Shown here piece by piece: positions 30,493-40,967 of a stretch of DNA of 64,000 nucleotides. The notes under the pieces are model-generated. The model did no database searches. It saw only the letters and a list, made by a program, of their open reading frames with translations, and was not told the DNA's origin. Both the position numbers and the translations under genes were made by a program. Position 1 is the stretch's first letter; each line of letters opens with the position of its first letter. This DNA is from an uncultured delta proteobacterium (GTDB lineage: Bacteria > Desulfobacterota > Binatia > UBA9968). The stretch spans positions 32,001 to 96,000 of the forward strand of contig CAVWLW010000025.1 of assembly GCA_963755715.1 (NCBI GenBank), given 5' to 3'.

Positions 30493-31632
30493 ATGGCGTC
30501 ACAGCGCAGAGAAATCATGTTGGTAGTCGGCGAAGCCTCCGGCGACGCGCACGGCGCCCAATTGGTCGACGCCTTGCACGAAAAAGAGCCCGCGCTGAAA
30601 GTCTACGGGGTCGGCGGTGAACAATTGCAACGAACCCGGTTCGAGACGCTTTTCAGCGTCGCCAAATTGACCGGCATGGGTCTCGTCGAACTGGCCGGCA
30701 ACTTGAAAAACCTCTGGCGCGCTTACTCGATCCTCAAACAGGCGCTGCGAGAGCGGCGGCCCAACTTGTTGGTGCTGATCGACTTCCCTGAATTCAATTT
30801 GCGCTTGGCCCGTTATGCCAAGTCGTTGCGCATTCCAGTTCTCTATTACGTGAGCCCGCAAATCTGGGCGTGGCGTAAAGGACGGGTACGCCAAATCGCC
30901 CGTTGGGTTGATCGCATGGCGGTGATCTTTCCGTTCGAGGCACCCTTTTACCAACGCCACGGCATCAATGCAACGTTCGTCGGCCATCCGCTTTTGGAAA
31001 CCGTCAAAGCCGACAAAAGCCGGGAGGAAACTCTGGCTAAACTTGGGCTCGATCCCCAACAACCGGTCATCGCCTTGTTGCCGGGCAGCCGGCTTGCCGA
31101 GATCAGTCAGCATTTGCCGGTCATGCGCGACGCGGCGGTGCGGCTCCGCCGCGAACGGCGGGTACAATTTTTTTGCGTGCGCGCGACCACGATCGCTGCG
31201 GCGGAGGTCCTCTCGATACTCGACGGGTCGGCGCCGTCCATTTCCGTTGTTGACAGCGATCGCTACAATGCCGTGCACGCCGCCGACTTGGTCTGGACGG
31301 CTTCGGGGACGGCCACGCTGGAAACGGCTTTGCTCGGCCGGCCGATGATTATTGTTTATCGTGTATCCTGGTTAACTTATTGGATCGCGCGCTGGCTCGT
31401 GCGCGTCGACCACATCGGCATGGTCAATTTGATCGCCGAGGAACGGCTGATGCCGGAACTCATCCAAAGCGATATGAATTCAGAGCGGCTCGCCGCGGAG
31501 ACGCGCCTCTTGCTCGACGACACCAAGGCACGCACCGGCATGGTTGAAAAGCTGGCCAAGCTGCGCGAGCGCTTGGGCACGCCGGGAGCGGCGCAACGGG
31601 TGGCGGACCTTGCTCTTGGGATGATGCGCTAA
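30493..31632 (+). CDS. lpxB: Lipid A disaccharide synthase
   Basis: GEASGD, IDFPEFN, YVSPQIWAWR, LLPGSR and SGTATLE. Confidence 0.96.
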   Translation: MASQRREIMLVVGEASGDAHGAQLVDALHEKEPALKVYGVGGEQLQRTRFETLFSVAKLTGMGLVELAGNLKNLWRAYSILKQALRERRPNLLVLIDFPEFNLRLARYAKSLRIPVLYYVSPQIWAWRKGRVRQIARWVDRMAVIFPFEAPFYQRHGINATFVGHPLLETVKADKSREETLAKLGLDPQQPVIALLPGSRLAEISQHLPVMRDAAVRLRRERRVQFFCVRATTIAAAEVLSILDGSAPSISVVDSDRYNAVHAADLVWTASGTATLETALLGRPMIIVYRVSWLTYWIARWLVRVDHIGMVNLIAEERLMPELIQSDMNSERLAAETRLLLDDTKARTGMVEKLAKLRERLGTPGAAQRVADLALGMMR

Positions 31633-31648
31633 AAAAGGCGGTACGTGA

Positions 31649-33403
31649 GTGAAGTATTACATTCGACTCTTGGGTTATTTGAAGCCCTATGTTTGGCCCT
31701 ATTTCATTTTGGGAATGGTCTGCATGCTCGCCTTCGGCGCCACCGATGGCGCGATCCCATTTTTGGTCCAGCACATCATGGACGATGTTTTTGCGCGCAA
31801 GGATCAGACGGTTTTATCCTATTTGCCGCTGGTGGTGATCGGTATCTTTGCCTTCCGCGGTTTCATGAACTTCGGTCAAAGCTATCTCAACGATTATGTG
31901 GGACTGCGCATCATCAACGACGCCAGAAATCAGCTCAATCGCCATTTTCAATCCCTGTCGTTGTCGTTTTTTCTCAGAAATCCGACCGGCACACTACTCA
32001 CACGGGTCAACAGCGATGTCCAGCTCGTGCGCTACGCGATCACCGACGCGCTCGCATCCTTCTTGAAGGACGCGACCTCGCTCGTGGTGTTGATGGTCGT
32101 GGCTTTTCTGAAGGACTGGGTGCTCGCGTCCATCGCATTCTTTGTCTTTCCGGCTTCTGTCCTGCCGATCATGCGGTTGAGTAAACGCATTAAACGGCTG
32201 ACCCGGCGCGGTCAGATCAGCACCGGCACGCTTACCTCGCTCCTGCAAGAGAGCATTCAGGGCAATCGCATCGTCAAGGCGTTCGGCATGGAAAGCTATG
32301 AAGACCAGCGCTTCATGCAAGAAAATTGGAAACTCTTCAAGCAGTCGCTCAGGGCCAGCCGCATCAAGGCGGTCGTTTCACCGTCGATGGAACTGCTCGC
32401 GTCCTTCGCGATCGGCGGCGTGGTTTGGTATGGCGGTTGGAGCGTGATCGCCGGCGGCCGCACCCAAGGCGAGTTCATGGCGTTTATGGCCGCGATGTTT
32501 TTAATGTACGGACCATTTAAAGGGCTGAGCCGAACCTACACTAGTGTTCATCAGGGTCTCGCCGGAGCGGAGCGCGTTTTCGAAATGTTGGATGAAAAGC
32601 CGGCAATCGATGACAAGCCGGATGCGAGGGAGGCGAAGCCGTTTGCGGAAAAAATCGAGTTTCGTGGCGTTGATTTTGCTTACGCCGACGCGCCGGTCTT
32701 GAAGCGCATCAATTTGATCATCGAAGCCGGGCAGATGGTGGCGTTGGTTGGCATGAGCGGCGTCGGCAAGAGCACGTTGGTCGATCTCATTCCACGCTTC
32801 TATGACGTCGATGCCGGTTCGTTAACGCTCGATGGCGTCGACGTGCGCGATTTGACCGTGCGCTCCTTGCGCGCACAGATCGGCATCGTCACCCAGCACA
32901 CCTTTCTATTTAACGATACAGTGCGGAATAATATTGCCTATGGCTCTCTGGATCGCGACATAGAGGCCGTGATCGCGGCGTCGAAGGCGGCGCACGCGCA
33001 CGACTTTATCATGGCGATGCCCAACGGCTACGATTCGATGATCGGCGAGATGGGTATGCAATTATCGGGAGGGCAGCGCCAACGCCTAGCCATCGCCCGA
33101 GCGCTGCTCAAGAACGCGCCGATTTTGATTCTTGACGAAGCCACCTCGGCGCTCGATACGGATTCCGAGCGTCTGGTGCAAGATGCCCTCGAGCATCTTA
33201 TCGCGACTCGCACCACGCTTGTGATCGCGCACCGCTTGTCGACGGTGCGCCGCGCTGATCGGATCGTGGTGATGGTCGATGGCGCGATCGCGGAAGAAGG
33301 AAGCCATGAAGAACTGCTCGCGAAAAACGGCGAATACAGCCGGTTGTATTCCATCCAGGCGTTAGAAGACCGTGAACCGGAACAGCGGGAAGTATTGCAT
33401 TAA
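31649..33403 (+). CDS. msbA: Lipid A flippase ABC transporter
   Basis: Six-TM domain fused to an NBD ([26 protein letters not shown]) inside the lpx cluster. Confidence 0.92.
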   Translation: MKYYIRLLGYLKPYVWPYFILGMVCMLAFGATDGAIPFLVQHIMDDVFARKDQTVLSYLPLVVIGIFAFRGFMNFGQSYLNDYVGLRIINDARNQLNRHFQSLSLSFFLRNPTGTLLTRVNSDVQLVRYAITDALASFLKDATSLVVLMVVAFLKDWVLASIAFFVFPASVLPIMRLSKRIKRLTRRGQISTGTLTSLLQESIQGNRIVKAFGMESYEDQRFMQENWKLFKQSLRASRIKAVVSPSMELLASFAIGGVVWYGGWSVIAGGRTQGEFMAFMAAMFLMYGPFKGLSRTYTSVHQGLAGAERVFEMLDEKPAIDDKPDAREAKPFAEKIEFRGVDFAYADAPVLKRINLIIEAGQMVALVGMSGVGKSTLVDLIPRFYDVDAGSLTLDGVDVRDLTVRSLRAQIGIVTQHTFLFNDTVRNNIAYGSLDRDIEAVIAASKAAHAHDFIMAMPNGYDSMIGEMGMQLSGGQRQRLAIARALLKNAPILILDEATSALDTDSERLVQDALEHLIATRTTLVIAHRLSTVRRADRIVVMVDGAIAEEGSHEELLAKNGEYSRLYSIQALEDREPEQREVLH

Positions 33404-33417
33404 AGGTCGGGCCCGGC

Positions 33418-34687
33418 GTGTGGTATTTGCTTTACAATATTACCTTGACGATCGGCTTTTTGGCCGCGTTGCCGTTTGTGCCGTTGATTTACTTGCTCGG
33501 CCCGCGCTATCGAGACGGTCTTGGGCAACGTTTTGGGATTTATCCGCCAACCGTCGACGCGGTTTTGCGCGCTGCCCGGCCGGTGTGGATCCATGCAGCC
33601 TCGGTCGGCGAGGTTCGCGCCGCGGCTCCGCTCGTGCGCGCGCTCAAGACGAGCGTCCCCGCACGAAAAGTTTTGCTATCCACGTTCACCGCCACGGGCC
33701 ATCGGATCGCGGCGCAAACGGCAGGCGTCGACGCGGCGATTTTCCTGCCCTTAGATTTTTCCTGGACGGTCCGCCGTGCGTTGACAAGAATTCATCCGGT
33801 GCTGCTGGTGTTCATCGAAACCGAGATTTGGCCCAATCTCTTGCGTGAATCGTTTCGCCGCGGTATTCCGACGCTGCTCTTGAGCGGGCGGCTGTCGGCC
33901 AAGGCATTTTCGCGATATGCGCGCTGGCGTCCCTTTTTCCGCCGGGTTCTTGGATGTTTCACATTTTTTGGCATGCAGTCGACCGAGGACGCGGCGCGGC
34001 TCCAAGGGCTTGGCGCGGATGAAAAAAAAATCTCGGTAGTTGGTAGCTTGAAGTTTGCCGCCGGCCCGACCGACAGAGCAGTTGGGGACCTTGAACGCGG
34101 CGCGCGATCCGGATCGGTATTTGCTGGTCGCCGGCAGCACCCATCGCGGCGAGGAAGAGATTTTGCTCGAGGCGCTCGCGCTCTCTCGCGCCCGCTTTCC
34201 GTCGCTTTCGATGGTGATCGCGCCGCGCCATCCCGAACGTTTCGACGATGTGGAGAAGTTGTTGCGGAGCAGCCCGTTCGATTTTCAGCGAAGGTGTGGA
34301 ATCGAGCCGGACCGATACTTTGAAAAAGACATCCTGCTGCTCGATACCGTCGGCGAATTGCCGGACTTTTTTGCCGCCGCCGATATTGCCTTCGTCGGCG
34401 GCAGTCTGGTCGATGCCGGAGGACACAACGTTTTAGAGCCGGCGCGTTTGCAAAAGCCGGTGCTGTTTGGCCCGTACATGAGTAATTTTGCGCGCATTGC
34501 TGGCGAAATGAAGCAAGGAGGAGGCGCCATCGAAGTCCACGGTGCGGCCGACTTGGCGCATAGATTGATCGAGCTATTGAACGATGCAGAGGCGCGGCTC
34601 CGCATGGGCAAACTCGCGTCCCAATTCGCCGGGGCCCATCAGGAGGCCTTCACGCGCAATTTGGTTTTGGCGCAACGCTATCTATGA
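33418..34687 (+). CDS. waaA: Kdo transferase; frameshift near 34080
   Basis: WIHAASVGE, ETEIWPN, GSTHRGEE, APRHPER and GGHNVLEPA. Confidence 0.95.
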
Positions 34688-34722
34688 AATTGTTAGTGCT
34701 ACGAGCCGTCCGTTAAGCGTCT

Positions 34723-35817
34723 ATGAGGACGGTGTCGGTTCGTGAGGTGTGGGAGCGCACGGGGGCGCGCGGAAAGTTTTTGTGGTTATTGTTGCTGCCG
34801 GTATCGCTTTTCTACGCTGTCGCCGTGCAACTACGCAATTCGCTTTACACCTTGGGCTGGGTGAAATCGGCGCGCCTACCCAGACCGGTGATCAGCATCG
34901 GGAATCTCACCGTCGGCGGCACCGGCAAGACGCCGACTTGCTTATGGCTCGCGGAGGAGCTGAAAAGTCACGGATTGAGCGTCGGAATTTTGAGCCGCGG
35001 ATATCGTCGTGAAGAAACTCGACCGCTCGTTTTACAACCGCAAAGCGCGGATGTTTCGACTCTGGACAACCATGCGGATATAGCCAGGTCAGGCGATGAG
35101 CCGTTGATGATGGCACGTCTTTATGGCCAGACTATCGGCATCGGCAAGAACCGGAGCGCGGCCGCCGCTGAGCTGTTGCGGCAGAGCGACGTGGATGTTT
35201 TTATTCTCGACGATGGTTTTCAGCACCGTCGTGTTAAGAGGGACGTCGATCTATTATTAATGGGCTCCGAATTTTCCGGCTGGACTCTTCCCGCCGGACC
35301 CTTTCGCGAGCCGCGGCGAAACTATCGTCGCGCCGATTTTTTTCTGGTTACCGGCGCGCACGAAGATTGGCGCACGGTCATTCCCGCTAACCGCGCGGAA
35401 ACTAGTTTCGCCGCTTCTTTGCAACCGGTTTCTCTATTGAGTTTGGACTCGCGACGCCGTAAAGAATTTCCCTTGACACTACTTTACCGCAGTAAAATTT
35501 TGACCGTCACCGGAGTCGCTGATCCTAGGGGATTGTATCGGATGATCCACGAATGGGAGGGTGAAATTGTCGAGACCCTCGAGTTCCCGGACCACCACTC
35601 CTATACCGCTCGAGACTGGCAGCAAATCAATCGGGTCGGCCGCCTCGTCGATTTGATCGTTACGACTGAGAAGGATATTTTGAAGCTAGTGCGTTTTCCA
35701 TTTGCAAAAGATAAACTGTTGGCGCTACGGGTAGCTATGAACGTGGAAAACGGTTCAGCGCTCGTGCAATCGATTGTCGCTAGAATTAATCAAGCGCGGA
35801 GCTGCGCTCAGGCATGA
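34723..35817 (+). CDS. lpxK: Tetraacyldisaccharide 4'-kinase
   Basis: IGNLTVGGTGKTP, LSRGY, DDGFQH and TTEKD. Confidence 0.96.
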   Translation: MRTVSVREVWERTGARGKFLWLLLLPVSLFYAVAVQLRNSLYTLGWVKSARLPRPVISIGNLTVGGTGKTPTCLWLAEELKSHGLSVGILSRGYRREETRPLVLQPQSADVSTLDNHADIARSGDEPLMMARLYGQTIGIGKNRSAAAAELLRQSDVDVFILDDGFQHRRVKRDVDLLLMGSEFSGWTLPAGPFREPRRNYRRADFFLVTGAHEDWRTVIPANRAETSFAASLQPVSLLSLDSRRRKEFPLTLLYRSKILTVTGVADPRGLYRMIHEWEGEIVETLEFPDHHSYTARDWQQINRVGRLVDLIVTTEKDILKLVRFPFAKDKLLALRVAMNVENGSALVQSIVARINQARSCAQA

Positions 35818-35890
35818 AAAGAGCCTGAGTGGAATTTGCGTGGCGATTTACGAGACGTGATTTGGCGTTATTGGTGAAAGAAGGGTATCA

Positions 35891-36832
35891 ATGAAGTCGC
35901 TGATCACAGGTGTTGCCGGTTTTATCGGTTCGCATCTCGCCGAACGGCTCCTCGCCGCTGGGCACGAGGTTACCGGCATCGACAATTTCCTCGATAATTA
36001 TCCGCGCCCATTCAAAGAAAAGAATCTCGCGGCGTTTTCCCGCCACGACAAGTTTAGGTTCCTTAACCAAGATCTGTTGCAAAGCGATTTGGCAAAACTC
36101 TTACACGACGTTTCCTACGTGTTTCATCTCGCCGGCCAACCCGGCGTTCGTTCCAGTTGGGGACGTGAATTCACCCGATATACGGAAAATAATATCACGG
36201 CGACGCAATTGCTCTTGGAAGCGTCGAAGGGTTTGCCGCTCGCGAAATTCGTCTATGCGTCGACCTCATCGGTCTATGGCGATACGGACGATTTGCCCAT
36301 GCGCGAAGAAGGGCTAACTCGACCGGTGTCTCCTTACGGTGCGACTAAGCTTGCCGCCGAACATTTGTGCCATCTGTACTGGAAAGCTTTTGCCGTGCCG
36401 ACCGTTTCGCTGCGCTTTTTTACCGTTTACGGTCCGCGCCAGCGACCGGACATGTTCTTTCATCTGTTTATGCGCGCTTTGCGACGCGGCGACGAAGTGC
36501 CGCTCTTCGATGACGGCGAGCAGACTCGCGATTTTACATTTTGCCAGGATATCGTCGATGGCGTAATGGCCGCGGCTACTTATCCGGGACAAGGAGAAGT
36601 GTTTAACCTGGGCGGTGGATCGGAAGTGAGTTTATTGAACGCGATTTCATTCGCAGAGAAAATCGCCGGACGAAAGGCCAACCTTACGCGTTTCGATCGT
36701 CAGAAGGGCGACGTGCGTCACACTAAGGCGCGTCTCGATCAGGCGAAAAATAAGCTTGCTTACCAGCCAAAAGTTGGTTTGGAAGAAGGATTAGCGAGTG
36801 AGTGGAACTGGATTTGTGCTAATTCGGACTAG
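35891..36832 (+). CDS. NAD-dependent epimerase/dehydratase (UDP-glucuronate epimerase-like)
   Basis: TGVAGFIG, YGATK and FFTVYGPRQRPDM. Confidence 0.92.
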   Translation: MKSLITGVAGFIGSHLAERLLAAGHEVTGIDNFLDNYPRPFKEKNLAAFSRHDKFRFLNQDLLQSDLAKLLHDVSYVFHLAGQPGVRSSWGREFTRYTENNITATQLLLEASKGLPLAKFVYASTSSVYGDTDDLPMREEGLTRPVSPYGATKLAAEHLCHLYWKAFAVPTVSLRFFTVYGPRQRPDMFFHLFMRALRRGDEVPLFDDGEQTRDFTFCQDIVDGVMAAATYPGQGEVFNLGGGSEVSLLNAISFAEKIAGRKANLTRFDRQKGDVRHTKARLDQAKNKLAYQPKVGLEEGLASEWNWICANSD

Positions 36833-36906
36833 CATTTTGTGAGTTTAAATTTCGGCTTGAAAAGTAAACTGTCGCTGCGGATTTTTAAAGAACTTCGAGG
36901 TGAACC

Positions 36907-37767
36907 ATGGGCGAATATTCAGAAGAAGACATCGGCAATATCGTAAGTCTCGAGCATGTTAACGTGCAGATTCCCGACCAGTCGCTCGCAACGCTTTTTT
37001 ATGTCGTCGGCATGGGCTTTACGCGCGATCCCTATTTGAACGTCGGCCTGAACAACATGTGGGCGAATGTCGGCGAGCAGCAGTTTCATTTACCCACCCG
37101 CAGCCCGCAAGTGATCGATGGTCATATCGGCGTCGTCGTGCCGAACCTCGATGCTTTGGAAGCGCGTCTAAAAACCATCGGCGAAGGACTGAAAGGCAGC
37201 AAGTTTGCTTATAGTCGGAGCGACGATTCTATTTCTGTTACCTGTCCTTGGGGCAATCGCTATCAATGCTATTCGAGCCAGCCCTCTTTCGGCGACATGA
37301 CGCTGGGAATTCCTTACGTCGAATTCAGGGTCTCGCCCGGCGCGCTGCAAGGGATTTTACGGTTTTACCAAACCGCGCTCGGGGCGCCGACGGTACTGGA
37401 GAGCGATCGGCAAGGTCGCTTCGGCCGGGTGAAGATCGGCCGTCATCAGTCGCTGTTATTTCGCGAAGCGGCCGATTCACCGGCGCCCTACGACGGCCAT
37501 CATATTGCTATTTACGTCGCTAACTTTTCCGGGCCTTTTGCCTACCTCAAGAGCCGCAGCCTGATTTCCGAGGACGTGCGCAATCATCAATTTCGCTTTA
37601 AAGACATCGTCGACCCCGAGGACGGCGCCAAGAAATTCACCTTGGAACATGAAGTGCGAAGCCTCAAACATCCGATGTATCACCGGCCGTTTGTCAATCG
37701 TGACGCGGCGCAGTCACAGCGCGCTTACCGGCGTGGCTGGGACGCGCTGATTCCGTTTCATCACTGA
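36907..37767 (+). CDS. Hypothetical VOC/glyoxalase-like protein
   Basis: RBS GAGGTG. LEHVNV, QFHLP and GHHIAIYV motifs suggest paired VOC modules. Confidence 0.7.
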   Translation: MGEYSEEDIGNIVSLEHVNVQIPDQSLATLFYVVGMGFTRDPYLNVGLNNMWANVGEQQFHLPTRSPQVIDGHIGVVVPNLDALEARLKTIGEGLKGSKFAYSRSDDSISVTCPWGNRYQCYSSQPSFGDMTLGIPYVEFRVSPGALQGILRFYQTALGAPTVLESDRQGRFGRVKIGRHQSLLFREAADSPAPYDGHHIAIYVANFSGPFAYLKSRSLISEDVRNHQFRFKDIVDPEDGAKKFTLEHEVRSLKHPMYHRPFVNRDAAQSQRAYRRGWDALIPFHH

Positions 37768-37809
37768 TATCTCGACTACTTTTTATCATGCTTCGAAGGA
37801 GCTGAACTC

Positions 37810-37977
37810 ATGGCAATTAGCAAAGACCTTTTGGATATCCTCGCATGCCCGAAGTGCAAGGGGGATATTCACCTCAACCCGACAAACGACGGCCTGATCT
37901 GCGAGGCCTGCCGGCTGATGTATCCGATCAAAGACGACATCCCGATCATGTTGATCGATGAGGCGATCCAGTTATAG
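37810..37977 (+). CDS. Trm112/YcaR family small protein (55 aa, not in the ORF track)
   Basis: RBS GAAGGAG. MAISKDLLDILACPKCKG...CEACRLMYPIKDDIPIMLIDEA. Confidence 0.93.
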   Translation: MAISKDLLDILACPKCKGDIHLNPTNDGLICEACRLMYPIKDDIPIMLIDEAIQL

Positions 37978-37982
37978 CGCCG

Positions 37983-39083
37983 ATGGCTGCACTCAGTTGG
38001 GATAACGTCCTACTGCTTCAAACTAGCTTCCTCGGCGATACCGTATTGACTTTGCCGCTGGTCGCCGAGCTCAGGCGTCGCTTTCCCGTAAGAAAACTGA
38101 CCATCGTCTGTCAGCCCGCGAGCCGGGACCTTTTACAGGATCATCCGGCTATCGATGAACTGATCGTCGACGATAAGAAGCGCACGGATCGCGGATGGGC
38201 TGGGTTGCGTGCTAAAGCGGCCAGTTTAAAAGCCAAACGGTTTACGCTGGCGATCACGCCGCATAAATCCCTACGTAGCGCACTCTTGTTGTGCTGGGCC
38301 GGAATACCTTGCCGGATCGGCTTTCGCCAGAGTGCCGGCTGGTTTTTGTACCATCGCCGGGTTGCGCGCGACCCGCGGCGTCACGACGTCGAAAGGAATC
38401 TTTCGGTTTTGCAAGCATTCGGCGTGCGCATCGAAGACTGCGAGCGCGCTCTCGATTTGCCGGTTAGCGCAGCGCTGCAAGAAACGGTCAATCACAAGCT
38501 ACGCGCGCTAGGCATCGCCGATGATCACATGGTTGTTGGCGTGAACCCCGGTTCCGTGTGGCCGACCAAGCGGTGGTCCGCCGCCGGATTCGCCGAACTC
38601 ATTCTCATGCTTAAAAAAAAGCTCGATTGCCAGATCTTGCTTTTCGGCGGCAACGAAGATGCTGCTGTGGTCGAAGACGTGCAGGCTCGCTGTCAGGCGG
38701 CCGCTGTCAATCTGGTGGGGCGGATCAGTCTGCGCGAGCTTGCTGCGGCGATCAGCCGCTGTGCGGTATTTGTTACCAATGACAGCGGGCCGATGCACGT
38801 GGCGGTGGCCCGAAGGGTACCGACCGTGGCGATATTTTGCGCGACGACGCCCGAGCTCGGCTTTTTCCCTTATCTGGCGGATGCAATTGTTGTCGGCCGG
38901 GAGCTCTCCTGCCGACCCTGCGCTTCCCACGGTGGGCGGCGCTGTCCGTTGGGTCATGCGAATTGTATTCACCAGATCGGTCCGGAAAAAATATTGGAGA
39001 GCGTGCAACGGCTCTGGAAGGGCGACCGGCGCGGACTCAACTCATCCGTCACGCCTTTTCAGCCGGAATTCGTGACCGTTTGA
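37983..39083 (+). CDS. waaF: LPS heptosyltransferase II (GT9)
   Basis: FLGDTVLT, PGSVWPTKRW and TNDSGPMH. Confidence 0.82.
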   Translation: MAALSWDNVLLLQTSFLGDTVLTLPLVAELRRRFPVRKLTIVCQPASRDLLQDHPAIDELIVDDKKRTDRGWAGLRAKAASLKAKRFTLAITPHKSLRSALLLCWAGIPCRIGFRQSAGWFLYHRRVARDPRRHDVERNLSVLQAFGVRIEDCERALDLPVSAALQETVNHKLRALGIADDHMVVGVNPGSVWPTKRWSAAGFAELILMLKKKLDCQILLFGGNEDAAVVEDVQARCQAAAVNLVGRISLRELAAAISRCAVFVTNDSGPMHVAVARRVPTVAIFCATTPELGFFPYLADAIVVGRELSCRPCASHGGRRCPLGHANCIHQIGPEKILESVQRLWKGDRRGLNSSVTPFQPEFVTV

Positions 39084-39922
39084 AATCCCCTTTCGCACAA
39101 TCAGAACTTGTTCAACCGGCAACCCGCCGCTCGAGGAATTACCGCATCTTTAGTGAGAAGTTAAGTTGGGGTGCGCTTCCTGACGGCTTCAACAGGGTGG
39201 TTGACGAGCGCGGTCATCGCCTCGTGGTTCGGCAAGATCAGGTGGCGCACATCGATTTTTCGTTGTGCGATAATGATCGCGCCGGCGCTTTGGCAGACTC
39301 TCGCTACCACGGCCGCGGCGTGCTGCGCTCGATCGTGCTGCCTGACGGAGATATGGCCTTGATCCGCGCCTATCGCCATGGAGGCTTCTTTCGAAACGTT
39401 GCCACCACCTGGTTTTTTACCTGGCCACCGCGGCCCTTTCGCGAGCTCGTCCTCACAGAGGAGTTGCGCCGGCGCGGCTTGCGCACGGTGGAAGTGTATG
39501 CCGCTTGCGTGAACCGGCCCGCGGGGCCTTTTTATCGCGGCTGGCTCATCACGAAGCAACTGCAAGGCGCGGAAGATCTCTGGTCGGCGTTTCACAGTGG
39601 ATTGATAGAACGGATTGGTTTAACCGCGGCACTGCGCGCCGTAGCGAGTGGCATCCGCGCGATGCACCGGGAAGGGGTCTACCACGCCGATCTTAATCTA
39701 AAAAATATCCTCTTGCGGGTCGAGAACGGTGCGCCGGTGAGTTACATCATCGATTATGATAAAGCGAGGCTTTTTCTCGGCCGGCTTCCGATCGCCTTGG
39801 CCAATAGAAATCTCGCTCGTTTAAAGCGTTCGGTGCTTAAGCTCGACCCCGAGCAGCGCTATTTTTCCGCAGCGGCGTGGCGTGAGCTTGTCAAATTTTA
39901 CCATGAAGATCGGCACGCCTGA
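39080..39922 (+). CDS. Kdo kinase-like LPS kinase (KdkA/WaaP family)
   Basis: Probable TTG start at 39080. GRG, RAYRHGG, HADLNLKNIL, IDYDKA and NLARLKRS. Confidence 0.85.
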   Translation: MKSPFAQSELVQPATRRSRNYRIFSEKLSWGALPDGFNRVVDERGHRLVVRQDQVAHIDFSLCDNDRAGALADSRYHGRGVLRSIVLPDGDMALIRAYRHGGFFRNVATTWFFTWPPRPFRELVLTEELRRRGLRTVEVYAACVNRPAGPFYRGWLITKQLQGAEDLWSAFHSGLIERIGLTAALRAVASGIRAMHREGVYHADLNLKNILLRVENGAPVSYIIDYDKARLFLGRLPIALANRNLARLKRSVLKLDPEQRYFSAAAWRELVKFYHEDRHA

Positions 39923-40967
39923 GTTTCAGCCGAAGAAGATCCTGATCATTCTGCACGGCTCGATCGGAGATGTTACCCGGGCCTTGCCCTTGGCCGGTGC
40001 ATTGCGCAAAGCTTTTCCGAGCGCATTTATTGCCTGGTCTATCGAACCGGCGTCGTTGCCCTTGCTTCAGGGCAATGACGCGATCGATGAGATCCTCCTG
40101 TTCGATCGGCCGCACTGGCGCCAAACGATCGGCGCTTTCCTTGCTGACGTGAGGCGGCGCAAGTTCGATCTGGTGCTCGATTTGCAACGGCACCTCAAAA
40201 GCGGGCTTATCAGTCGATGGACCGGCGCGTCCCAGCGCCTCGGCTTTCACCGTCGCGACAGCAAGGAGCTCAACTGGATTTTCAATAATCTGCGCATCGA
40301 GCCATACGGCGATAGGATTTCGAAGCTCGAACATTATGGAAAATTTGCCGATTACCTAGGCATTGAGCGGGCGCCGCTGGAATGGGATTTTCATCTCACC
40401 GCGGCGGAGTTGAATTGTGTTGAAAAACATCTTTTCGGTGTGAGCGCGTCCTTTGCCGTTTTGTTCATCGGCACGCGTTGGCAAAGCAAGCAGTGGTTCA
40501 CCGGGCAGATGGCTGAGTGCGCCCAAGCTCTGCGCAATGAATATGATCTCGACGTCGTGTTGCTCGGCGGCAAGGAAGATCAAGAGATCGCTCGCCAGGC
40601 GGTCGCCGAGTCGCAGGTCAAGGTGACAAATCTCGCCGGGTTCACGTCGCTTCGTGAAGCGATCGGCATTATCGAAAGAGCGAAGCTTGCGGTGGGGCCG
40701 GACACCGGCTTGATGCACATTGCGGCGGCCGTGCACACGCCGGTGATTTCGCTCTGGGGCGCAACCAGTCCCGAGCGAACCGGACCCTATGGCTTCGAAG
40801 ACTTGATCATTCAAGGGCGCGCGTCCTGCGTGCCGTGCAATCGCCGCCATTGTAGTATTGGCCGTATTTGTCTGAAGTCCATCACCACCGCGCAAATCGC
40901 CGAGAAAATCGGCATGGCTTTCAAGCGCCAGCCGGCGAGGAGACTTTGCCGTGCCGAAGGCGAGTGA
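39903..40967 (+). CDS. GT9 heptosyltransferase (WaaC-like)
   Basis: SIGDV, DLQRHLKS and GPDTGLMHIAAA. Confidence 0.88.
   Translation: MKIGTPEFQPKKILIILHGSIGDVTRALPLAGALRKAFPSAFIAWSIEPASLPLLQGNDAIDEILLFDRPHWRQTIGAFLADVRRRKFDLVLDLQRHLKSGLISRWTGASQRLGFHRRDSKELNWIFNNLRIEPYGDRISKLEHYGKFADYLGIERAPLEWDFHLTAAELNCVEKHLFGVSASFAVLFIGTRWQSKQWFTGQMAECAQALRNEYDLDVVLLGGKEDQEIARQAVAESQVKVTNLAGFTSLREAIGIIERAKLAVGPDTGLMHIAAAVHTPVISLWGATSPERTGPYGFEDLIIQGRASCVPCNRRHCSIGRICLKSITTAQIAEKIGMAFKRQPARRLCRAEGE

Noticed and set aside
27420-30518. Long antisense ORFs (27420-28475 and 29460-30518; also 17163-18014, 42283-43176 and 49365-50234 elsewhere)
   Set aside because: They are shadows of well-supported genes in GC-rich codon usage, with no motifs or RBS.
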